Shown: positions 1-7,885, counted from the stretch's first letter. The stretch is DNA of 11,913 nucleotides from Thermoproteota archaeon (GCA_027491435.1 JAOZFG010000007.1:1-11913), one strand, 5' to 3'. Numbers and translations: made by a program. The notes: generated by a model not told the origin, from the letters alone.

Positions 1-254
1 TAACAGCACGGGTTGTGGTCTAGTAACGGTGTTAGAGCCTGAAGCAAGCTTCTCTACTCACCATTACGCCAGGACTCTTGCCTTACTCATTCTCGGCCTG
101 CTCATCATGCCTCTAGAGAGTCCACAGGCTTTTCAGAAGATATTTGCATGACGGATTGTTCTACTCAGGCGCGCTCTAGAGTGAAGGCCTTACCATTGTT
201 TCTTCGGCTATTGGTAGCTCTGTCCTCGTAAAGATGTTACGTTATGTCTTGATT

Positions 255-427
255 CAAGGGCTATAAGCTCCCCCAGTAAACTCTCAATTCTTTTGAAAAG
301 ATCCCGCCAAATATTCCATAATTTATCAGTTAACCCCTAACTATAACAATAACTTCTTCACATTATTCGGTCTACATTCTCCGGGGGCTTCAACATCCCC
401 TTAGTATGTGCCTTAACAACAAGGCAC
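255..427 (-). pseudogene. Degraded AF2212-like (DUF104) antitoxin gene, possibly followed by a toxin remnant
   Basis: On the minus strand a GGAGG is followed by GTG at 427. Different frames give VVKAHTKGMLKPPENVD, EEVIVIVRG* and KRIESLLGELI. These resemble the AF2212-family pattern I.A.Y..GVLKP...V.L.EGEEV.V.I, broken by indels and stops. Boundaries are approximate. Confidence 0.5.
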
Positions 428-719
428 CCTCCCCGTTCCGTGTACTAATTCTCTACGGAAGCGCACGATCAGAAATTAGTTTAACAAGACCCTATCTTGC
501 TAAGTATTTTCAAGGAATATGTGGCGCCTTCGGTTCCTTCTTAAGAGGCAGAGGCTTAGGATGAACTAAAGCCATTATTAACCGACCCATCTAAGTGGAC
601 CAACCCAACTGCCTCATTTTCCGCTCAACACAAGCTTCCGCTTGGGAGAGGAGGTTGAAGCCACTCGCCTTGCTGCTCGCTGGGGGCCTATAGGTGGGAG
701 GGTGGGTCAGAGAGCTTAA

Positions 720-1358
720 CTAAACTAGCTCGTATGAGTAGGCGATCTTCCTGCCCAGGACGGGATCCTGAACCTCAATCCTGTACCTGGAGCCGAATTT
801 GAGCCCTTCTAACCACGAAATTGAGCCGGAGAAGAGGACGAAATTCCCTGGAGGTAGCTTAGAGAGCAGGTCTTCTGGGGCCAGTATTGAGGAGAGCTCG
901 GACTCCTGTGCTAGCTCGCCATCCACGTACATCCTCAGGATTAGGGAGTCCCAGTGATCCTTAACCTCCTCATAGGGCCAGACTACTGGCGGGATTATCT
1001 TGGGGTAGACCCTCTTCGCGAGGAGGACGCTCTCCCTCTCCAAGTCCCTGGAGGTGTGATCGCTTCCTACAGTCACGTAGAGGGGCTCCCCCTCCCTTAC
1101 GAACAGGACGTACTCAACCTCGCCGTTGCTCCTGTCCCCGAAGGACCTCACCCTCCTGTTATGGGTGAGCAGGTGAGCCCCTACCCTGTAAAAGGAGGGG
1201 ATCGTGGTGGGGGGAGGAATTCCAATCTCCTTAAGCTCCTTAACGTGTTTAAGCACCTTTGATTCGTCTCTACCGCTCCATCCAGCCAATATTAGCTCAT
1301 CAAACTCGAAGTTCACCGGCAGGTACTGACCGTCAGCAGTACTCAGCACCAGCCTCAT
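720..1358 (-). CDS. DUF2848-family protein (fumarylacetoacetate hydrolase-like fold)
   Basis: 212 aa ORF with the family-typical motifs AGWSGRD, H..EL...G..PP...P..Y, GEVEYVL, VTVGSDHT.R.LE and K...PK, and DHWD.L.LR. Confidence 0.85.
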   Translation of the reverse strand: MRLVLSTADGQYLPVNFEFDELILAGWSGRDESKVLKHVKELKEIGIPPPTTIPSFYRVGAHLLTHNRRVRSFGDRSNGEVEYVLFVREGEPLYVTVGSDHTSRDLERESVLLAKRVYPKIIPPVVWPYEEVKDHWDSLILRMYVDGELAQESELSSILAPEDLLSKLPPGNFVLFSGSISWLEGLKFGSRYRIEVQDPVLGRKIAYSYELV

Positions 1359-1380
1359 AGCCTATCAGAGCCCGGGAATG

Positions 1381-1387
1381 TTATATC
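1381..1387 (-). promoter_or_regulatory. Putative archaeal TATA box for the DUF2848 gene
   Basis: Minus strand GATATAA lies about 23 nt upstream of the ATG at 1358, the spacing expected for a leaderless transcript. Confidence 0.5.
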
Positions 1388-1953
1388 CTTTCCCCAGCAG
1401 TTGAGTCTCCTAGCCTCCAGGGGATGCCCATAGCGTGACAAGATCTCGGTTGCTGGGAGGGCCGTCAACTTGTAGCAACTGGAGAGACACTTAAATTTTC
1501 CTTAGGTAGACTGCGGCTGAGTAAGGCCTCTGTGAGAAGTGCAGGTGAGGTGAATCCGGAGATTGGGTGTGATTTGGTGCAGAGGAGCTGTTGCCACTGA
1601 CGTAGTTAATTAACTTTAATGAGCTAGAGCAGTCAGCGGCGTTTTAAGTCAGGGCGACAGCGACATCTCGAAGTATTGGAAGGGCTGTGAAAAAGGGGAT
1701 TTCTGGCGGAGTTGAGGGTCTCTAGGGAACTGACCCCCTCACCCCACCTCCGTGACCATGGGCTGGAGGTATTGCTTTGGGGCGTTGCCCAGTAACCCCC
1801 TACACACCTTCTCAAGAGCCAATGTTGCACGCTCACACTGAAAGCTAGATGATAAGCCCTTCTAAATTTTTAGGGCTTTTGATGGGACAAACCTTAGAGC
1901 GCTCCACCACAAGTCGTGTGCTCAGGAAATCTAAGGCCTTTTGATTGGGCCAC

Positions 1954-1982
1954 AACCTTTTTACCTTAGTAAGCGCACTTAC
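1954..1982 (+). promoter_or_regulatory. Putative TATA box plus short inverted repeat upstream of the coiled-coil gene
   Basis: AACCTTTTTA (1954-1963) lies about 25 nt before ATG 1988. GTAAG-CGCA-CTTAC is at 1969-1982. Confidence 0.45.
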
Positions 1983-1987
1983 CGAAG

Positions 1988-2527
1988 ATGTCGGAAGTCC
2001 TCATATCTTCTGTCCTGGAGGAGGCCTTCAAGCAGGTCTCAGATAGGATAGCTAGGAAGCTCACAGAGGGAAAGAAGCTGACTGACACCGAGGTTATAGT
2101 CCTCCTGTTAGACCTGATGAACAAGAGAATGGAGGAGATGGGAAGGAGCCTGAACCAGAGGATAGACGACACCAACAGGAGAATAGATGACCTGAGCCTG
2201 GGACTGAACAAGAGAATAGACGACCTGAGGGAGGAGCTCACGGGCAAGCTGGCCGAGATGGACAGGAGGCTCAGCGAGAGGATAGACGACACCAACAAGA
2301 GAATAGACGACCTGAGGGAGGATTTCCTCTCAAGGTTCGATTCAATGGAGAGGAGGATGGAGTCCCTGGAGAACTCCTTAAGGTCGGAAATCAACAGCCT
2401 GAGGAGGGAGATAAGGTCCGTGTATAGGGAAGTCTCCTCGGTTAAGAGCGACGTCATCGAGCTTATGAAGAGGAAGCTATTCCCGGAAGAGCCTCAAGAG
2501 ATTCCCTCAGGGGAGACAACTTCATAA
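1988..2527 (+). CDS. Coiled-coil protein with RIDD repeats (resembles paREP15-type crenarchaeal coiled-coil proteins)
   Basis: 179 aa. An N-terminal helical segment (KKLTDTEVIVLLL) precedes a long heptad-like region with five RIDD motifs. Codon usage matches the other intact genes. Confidence 0.8.
   Translation: MSEVLISSVLEEAFKQVSDRIARKLTEGKKLTDTEVIVLLLDLMNKRMEEMGRSLNQRIDDTNRRIDDLSLGLNKRIDDLREELTGKLAEMDRRLSERIDDTNKRIDDLREDFLSRFDSMERRMESLENSLRSEINSLRREIRSVYREVSSVKSDVIELMKRKLFPEEPQEIPSGETTS
2157..2322 (+). repeat. Intragenic direct repeats encoding the RIDD coiled-coil units
   Basis: A 40-bp unit at 2157-2196 and 2277-2316 has 2 mismatches. An exact 29-bp AACAAGAGAATAGACGACCTGAGGGAGGA occurs at 2207-2235 and 2294-2322. 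Confidence 0.9.
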
Positions 2528-2735
2528 CCTATTAGACACCTTACGTCAAAAAGTCTATCGAAATAGAGGCGCCTATCCATTTTAAAATCAACTTATTTTT
2601 CGAAGTTTTAGTATATTTTTTAAGTTAAAATGGCTAAATCTCATTGAAATTTAACGTAAACTTGAAAGAGATTCGGTAAGAGGGAGCTAGACATTTATAT
2701 AGGATGTTTTCATATAAAGCCGGGGGTGTGTAAAA

Positions 2736-3131
2736 ATGAGGAGGAGAAGGGCCTCCGTGTTGGCCCTGGTGTTGCTCCTGGGTCTAATCATGGGCTACGG
2801 AGTGGCAAGCCTAACTAGGGAGGTTAAGGTGAAGTACAAAGTGGTATCTCCTGACCTAGGCCTTGAAGTGAACCCAAATGACCTGAAAGAGGTCTGGCCA
2901 GGCGATAAGAGGGAGCTCACAGCCGTCGTGACTAACACGGGTGATGCAAAGCTCAAGGTGACCCTCGACGCCAAATACGGGGAGCAAATAAAGGAGGTAG
3001 TGATAGGCAAGAATAACTTCGAATTGAACCCCAAGGAGAGCGTTAAGGTGCCCATAACGGTGGTGTTCGACGAGAAAGCTAGCCCAGGAGATGGAGAGCT
3101 TATCATAGTGGTGGCCGGGGGTAAACCATAG
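2736..3131 (+). CDS. Secreted or membrane-anchored protein with one Ig-like beta-sandwich domain
   Basis: Basic N-terminus MRRRR followed by a hydrophobic helix. The mature part has PG....L...V.NTG.....V.L ... L.P.ES..V.I.V......PG, typical of CARDB/NEW3-like Ig folds. SD-like GGGGGTG upstream. Confidence 0.75.
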   Translation: MRRRRASVLALVLLLGLIMGYGVASLTREVKVKYKVVSPDLGLEVNPNDLKEVWPGDKRELTAVVTNTGDAKLKVTLDAKYGEQIKEVVIGKNNFELNPKESVKVPITVVFDEKASPGDGELIIVVAGGKP

Positions 3132-3137
3132 ACTTCT

Positions 3138-3580
3138 TTACAGCAGTCCTATCAACAACATTAAAACCACCTGCAAGGCGATGGACGCCTGAATCACCTC
3201 ATCCACGTCTTTTTTCAGGTACCTCATAATTGAGAGGCTTAAAGCGGAAATCGCCAGGTAAGCCCCAACAACTGAATTCAGCGAGGAGAGCCCGAAGGAG
3301 GAGAGGATTAGAAGAGTCTAACCCTTCCCTTGAAGTAAACTGCGAGGAGTCCAAATATGATCCCCATCATGGGATTATTCACAGGCATGCAACAATGGTT
3401 AAAGGGTTGTGGTAACACGCTGATGCTAAGGAGGGCCTCCAACAACTCGACTAAGTTCAACGCTGTTAGCAGGAGCCCGGCCAGGTATATAGGCTTAACT
3501 AGCTTGTGGGGCATGCTCGTTGGAGGGTCCACTAATTTTAAATTTATTCTGAGTTCCCTGAACAAATCCGGCTCTATCAC
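3138..3580 (-). pseudogene. Frameshifted multi-pass membrane protein
   Basis: ORF 3308..3580 is hydrophobic. Near 3315 another frame continues LLILSSFGLSSLNSVVGAYLAISALSLSIMRYLKKDVDEVIQASIALQVVLMLLIGLL* to TAA at 3138-3140. The true start is uncertain. Confidence 0.55.
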
Positions 3581-3718
3581 CCCTGCTCTTCCTGTGCTTT
3601 GAGTTATTCATATCTGTCACCAATAGGATGTATCACTCAGGTCCCCACACCGGCGGGGCTGTCAACCCACAACCGCTTAAAGCGGCAAGGTCTCGAGGTA
3701 GTTAAACTTTAAGGCTTG

Positions 3719-3830
3719 ATGGACGTTGTCAAGGTCCACAAGGAGGGCATAATAGCCCTTCTCAAGTCAGGGAGGGGCTGATTAAAGGGGGTCCTCCTTC
3801 TGGACTGCAGAGTGATGGAGGGGCTTAAAA
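3719..3830 (+). pseudogene. Truncated AbrB/MazE/SpoVT-family DNA-binding (antitoxin-like) gene
   Basis: ATG 3719 reads MDVVKVHKEGIIALLKS, matching the AbrB start V.V..KG.I.IPK. It then degrades through GRG*LKGVLLLDCRV. A palindrome CCGCTT-A-AAGCGG sits upstream at 3673-3685. Confidence 0.6.
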
Positions 3831-3852
3831 GCCCTCATCCCCCTTAACCCCC

Positions 3853-4636
3853 ATGAGAGTAAGGCTGACGGCCTTCCTCATCTGGCTCTTGACCTTCATG
3901 TTTCCTCTTTACGTGCAGGGGGAGGGCTTCACTTACTCCTACCAGCTCGTGTACGAGGTGCTCGGCTCGGCCTTAATATACCGGTTCGTCCAACTGGTCT
4001 TCCCTTCCCTGGCGATGCACGTCCTCGCCTTCTACCTAGCCTATAAGGCCTTAAAGGGGGAGGTAAGGCCCTTCCTAGCCTACGCATCGGCGGCTTACCT
4101 GGTGATAGCTGTGGGCCAATCAACGGCCCTGATTGGGGGAGGCTCGTCGTAATACTCTCAAACGCGGTGCTGATACTCCTGGTAGGGCTGCTCTGGCTTA
4201 GGGACTACCTGAGGCCTGTGAGCTATGAGAGGTCCGGGCCCGGGTGGTTCCTCCCCCTGTCGCTGTTGGCCTTCCTGGCCCCCTGACTTCGGCGATAGAG
4301 CCTACTCCCTGGACGTGGATGTGGGAGAACGCCCCCAGACAACCCCTGCTCGTGATCCCGGCCCTCGTCATGGACGCTCTGGCTGGATACGGGGCCGTGG
4401 CCTTCTGCTTCTTCACACCTTTGGCCCTCACCCTTGCTGTTAGAAGCGGGGCCCTAAGGCCCATCACTGTGAAGGTGACGGCCATGCCCGGCATAGCTTT
4501 CTCCACGATGATAATAGTGAGCGCCGTGGCCAACGTGCTCAGCGGAGTGCCTGAGGGGAGGGCCCTCACCCTGATCTGGAACGCCCTCCTGCACGTCCCC
4601 CTCCTAGTGACCGGCGCCTACTACTTTAAGAAATAA
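3853..4636 (+). pseudogene. Single multi-pass membrane protein gene (about 261 aa) split by two -1 frameshifts
   Basis: ORF 3853..4152 joins a bridging frame (GRLVVILSNAVLILLVGLLWLRDYLRPVSYERSGPGWFLPLSLLAFLAP*, stop 4284-4286), which joins ORF 4244..4636 at a C5 run (4279-4283). The first shift is at about 4110-4140, where a G5 run lies at 4135-4139. TATA-like CTTAAAA about 25 nt upstream. Confidence 0.7.
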
Positions 4637-4777
4637 CTATTTTTCGTCTAATTAATTAAATTAATTTCTGATTAATCGGCTATTATCTTTCTAAAAAATG
4701 AAATAAATACTGATAATATATCAGGCATTCTGTTCTATAAATCGATACATGTTTCATAAAATAATACATGTTTCTTT

Positions 4778-5629
4778 TTATGGTACATAACCAGTTACCT
4801 CCGACATGAATTTCTCTATAGTCCCTCTAATTTTACTATCTCCTTTGTATAGAAGCCTTATAGGTTCTATATGACCTCCATTAACGTAAATTTTGGTGAC
4901 TCTTTTAACCTTTCTTGAGAAACACTCGGCCTGATGGTTGACCGTGCCGTCTGCCATGCCGTCGAGGAGCCTGTCCTCGTTGCCAGCTATTAGCAAGGCT
5001 GGAACGTCCCTCACTTCGTCGAAGTCGTCGAAGGGGAAGACCTCCTTTAGAGATACGTTACACAGGTCGAACGTTCCGTTACCCCCCTCCAACCTCCTCT
5101 CCGGGTAAACGGAGAGACAGTAACCACCGCTTATCCCTATGTAACCCCTGAAGTACTTCCAGACCCCGTAATCCTCTGAGCGAGGTCCGTAAATCAGCAG
5201 GGCTCCTGTTATGGCCCCGGCCGAGGAGCCCACGTAGACGCTTCCCCTTATCCTCACGTTCCTGCTCTCAAGGTAGGCGATTGTGTACCTTATCGCCTCG
5301 GCCACGTCCTCAACTGGAGTTGGCCACTTGACTTGAGGGCAGACCCTGTACTCAACCAGGGCCACCGAGTACCTGCCCAGGAAGGGGGAGGCTAGCGCCT
5401 TAGCGCTCTTTCCCGTAGCAGAACCTCCCCTGTACCCTCCCCCGTGTACCACGAACACGAGCCAGGTGTCGTTCCCCTTTAAGTAGAGGTCGACGAACTG
5501 CCTCTCATCTTGCCCATACCTTATCCTGAACTTTCCGGCTGTCACACCCTTTGAAGGTTTAACCAACAGGAGGTAGGTCAGCGTGAGGCAGAGGGCCGCC
5601 ACGGCAAGAGCTAGGAGTGACTTACGCAT
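4778..5629 (-). CDS. Secreted or membrane-anchored alpha/beta hydrolase (HSL-family esterase/lipase)
   Basis: N-terminal signal or anchor helix, oxyanion motif HGGG, EYR...P and nucleophile elbow GSSAG. Candidate catalytic Asp in G.ED.L and His in GGH. Confidence 0.9.
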   Translation of the reverse strand: MRKSLLALAVAALCLTLTYLLLVKPSKGVTAGKFRIRYGQDERQFVDLYLKGNDTWLVFVVHGGGYRGGSATGKSAKALASPFLGRYSVALVEYRVCPQVKWPTPVEDVAEAIRYTIAYLESRNVRIRGSVYVGSSAGAITGALLIYGPRSEDYGVWKYFRGYIGISGGYCLSVYPERRLEGGNGTFDLCNVSLKEVFPFDDFDEVRDVPALLIAGNEDRLLDGMADGTVNHQAECFSRKVKRVTKIYVNGGHIEPIRLLYKGDSKIRGTIEKFMSEVTGYVP

Positions 5630-5739
5630 ACCATGAGGGGTTAGGATAAAAGATAAGGGACGCTGATGGGACGGACTGGGGACGAATAACCTTCAGGGGT
5701 CTCTCTAGGGAGCAAATGTAAAGGCTTAAGAGGGGTTCA

Positions 5740-6524
5740 TTAGATCCCTATTCACTCCATCACTTCGTAAACGAGAGGCTCTAGCGTCTCTTTAACCTTT
5801 TTCTGGTAACTCCTCTCCTCCCCTTCAGTCCCCACCCTGGAGACGTGGTATCTGACGTAATAATTCATGAACCTAAGGTTGGGTGTACTCTTCCCCATAT
5901 CTCCTCTTGTACTCTGGTATTAGCCCCTACTGCTTAGTCTTCTTCCTGTTGAACGAGGGCCAACCTGCAAAAGTTTCTCCTCTGGGATAGCGGCCGCCTT
6001 TGGAAGTCGCTTCAGCGTGGTCTGGGTCCTGTACGTCTATTATTGTGGGCCTGAGGGGGACCAGCAGGCAGTCGGAGGCGTGGCTAAGAAGACGCTCTTC
6101 CTGTCGAAGAAGGGTATCTATCCCTTTATCGTCATATAGCCCCTAACGCCGAGCTCCTCGAGAACCCAGGCCAGTAGGTTCTCCCTCTTGGCCTTGTTTA
6201 TCCAGACGTCACTATGACCTCTGTGAGCCTCTGTCAGTTATGATGTCCACGTCCAGCCCATCTAAGCTTGGGTACTTCTCATTATCACGTAGTCGTTGAT
6301 CCTGACCTCCTCCCCGTTGACGACCCTCTCAGTAAGGTCTTCTTAATCTCCTCGTAGAAGGTTATGCCGCTCACTCCTTTTTGTCAGCCAGGAGAGGGAT
6401 ACGCTGGGATCCATTCAATAAATCACTCTCTTACCAGCAAGCTCAGGAGCCACCCTATGTTGGCCGCCAGCGTCATCCTTCCCGCTCCTCCAGGGGCGAA
6501 AAATATCCCGAGGACCTTACCCAA
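5740..6524 (-). pseudogene. Heavily degraded ParA/MinD-family ATPase gene
   Basis: GGAGG then TTG at 6524 gives MGKVLGIFFAPGGAGRMTLAANIGWLLS, an eroded deviant Walker A (KGGxGKTT). Shifted frames then give AGKRVI, MDPSVSLSWL (from 6414) and ASDCLLVPLRPTIIDV (6079-6032). Order and total length of about 260 codons fit ParA. Many indels and stops. Confidence 0.75.
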
Positions 6525-6926
6525 CCTTAATCCTCCCCCCTCGCGTTTACCAAGGAGGTCGAACCCGTGATTTCTGGAGATCTTCTCAAGGCCTTTCACC
6601 GTCTCGTTAATGACCCATTGAACTAAAACTCCGTTTAGGCCGAAGAGTTCTGTAAGATATGACCTATCCCGTCGTAAAACCTGGGAAACAGCCTGCACGG
6701 CCCACTCACCGCACAATATGTCAACTCAACTTCGGCCAGCTTTCTGAGGTCTTAACCCTCCTCCGGGTTCAGCCCGAGCTTCTTTAGCCTCGTAGAGCAT
6801 GTCAGTCTTGTTCTCAGAAATTTTCGGATCGAGGTCCGGTACCAGGCCTATAAGCCTTCTCAAGCGCAGGCAAGAACTCCATCGCCATTAAGCGTCGATT
6901 ACATAGTTTTAGATGAGGAGGTAGCC

Positions 6927-6955
6927 TTTATACAATACCTCGGAGTACGAGGTAT
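6927..6955 (+). promoter_or_regulatory. TATA box and palindromic operator of the yhfC-like/padR operon
   Basis: TTTATA at 6927-6932. A perfect inverted repeat ATACCTCG-N5-CGAGGTAT at 6935-6955 lies directly before ATG 6958. Confidence 0.75.
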
Positions 6956-6957
6956 CG

Positions 6958-7557
6958 ATGGACCCCCTGTCGCTGGCCGCAATCCTGATCTTGGGAGCTT
7001 CCCCGGCCCTGCTGATAAGCAGGATCTCACCTCCCAGCAAGGAGGTCGGTTTGGGCGCTGCTTTGCTCCTGGTCACCCTGGTTATACAGCCCCCAATACA
7101 GCTCGTTGGTAAGAGGATCCTCTCCGGGCTCCCCTTCCTGATTTACGCTGCAGCTGTCTCGGGGCTCCTCCAGGAGGGGCTTAAGTTGCTGGCTGTCAGG
7201 ACTAACAGAAACGCTCTGTGGTTGGGGTACGGCTTCGGCCTAGCTGAGACGGTCCTGGTGGTGTTGAACGGGATTGTAGCTGCGCTCATGGGGTTCGAGA
7301 CCCCCCTGGCCTACTGGGCAGCCCTGGAGAGGCTGAGCGCAACCCTCTTCCACACAGGCAGCGTTCCAATCCTAAGGTTGAGATACGGGTACCCGGCAAT
7401 GGCCTTCGTGCACGCCCTGATAAACTTCATAGCCTCTTACTACGTCTCCATCGGGGTTTTAAGTAGGCCAGAGCTTGTCCCGCAGTTGTACGCTCTTATA
7501 GTCCCCATATCGCTGGCCGTATTCCTGGCGGGGCTCAAAGTGGTCAGGAATGAGTAG
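6958..7557 (+). CDS. YhfC-family (DUF2324, PrsW-like) intramembrane metalloprotease
   Basis: 199 aa with multiple TM helices. Motifs GLLQEGLK (EExxK-like), G.GFG..E, ER.SA..FH and H...N. Confidence 0.85.
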   Translation: MDPLSLAAILILGASPALLISRISPPSKEVGLGAALLLVTLVIQPPIQLVGKRILSGLPFLIYAAAVSGLLQEGLKLLAVRTNRNALWLGYGFGLAETVLVVLNGIVAALMGFETPLAYWAALERLSATLFHTGSVPILRLRYGYPAMAFVHALINFIASYYVSIGVLSRPELVPQLYALIVPISLAVFLAGLKVVRNE

Positions 7558-7885
7558 GTTCCTGAGGAGCATAAGGGCGGGGCTCTACACCTTGATGATC
7601 CTGAACATACTGGACAGGGAGGGCGTGTCTTACGGGTACAGGCTCATGGTCAGGATCAGGGAGGCCTCCGGATGGACCCTAAACCCCAGCGAGAGCACCG
7701 TCTACGAGACCCTAAAGAACCTGGAGGAACAGGGGCTCGTCAGGTCCTTCTGGGGGGAGGGGGTTAAGCACCCCAGGAAGTTCTACGAGATAACCGATGA
7801 GGGGAGGAAGGTCCTCTCTCAGCTCAACCGGGAGGTGAGGTCCATCGTGGGGGCCCTGCAGCGTTTCCTGGGGGTGGGATGTTGA
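7550..7885 (+). CDS. PadR-family transcriptional regulator
   Basis: IL.IL....SYGY.L...I, TVY..LK.LE..GLV and RK.Y.IT..G are the PadR winged-helix signature. The start overlaps the upstream stop. Confidence 0.93.
   Translation: MSRFLRSIRAGLYTLMILNILDREGVSYGYRLMVRIREASGWTLNPSESTVYETLKNLEEQGLVRSFWGEGVKHPRKFYEITDEGRKVLSQLNREVRSIVGALQRFLGVGC

Noticed and set aside
60-110. Possible C/D box sRNA on the minus strand (ATGATGA near 102-108)
   Set aside because: The spacing to a D'-like box is too short for a guide, and no terminal CTGA lies at the expected distance.
2157-2322. RIDD DNA repeats as CRISPR or DGR template/variable repeats
   Set aside because: They are in frame in a coiled-coil gene and irregularly spaced. 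There are only 2 mismatches, and no cas or reverse transcriptase gene is in the window.
2736-2810. Class III (type IV pilin) signal peptide
   Set aside because: RRA|SVLAL fits the prepilin cleavage consensus poorly, and no pilus genes are nearby. A Sec signal or anchor is more parsimonious.
954-3602. ORFs 954-1262, 1633-1836, 1966-2457, 2795-3106, 3230-3415 and 3357-3602
   Set aside because: All but one are antisense shadows of better-supported genes. 1633-1836 has atypical composition and no recognisable motif.
3929-4569. ORFs 3929-4123, 4198-4569 and 4225-4443
   Set aside because: They overlap the frameshifted membrane gene in antisense or alternate frames and have low-complexity Pro/Arg/Gly/Thr-rich translations.
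6364-6716. ORFs 6423-6716 and 6364-6570 as real proteins
   Set aside because: The first is a chance fusion of an upstream remnant with the ParA pseudogene start. The second is its antisense shadow.
5700-6900. Transposase or IS remnant in the ORF-poor gap
   Set aside because: No DDE, HUH or TnpB motifs or terminal inverted repeats were seen. ParA fragments explain the region better.
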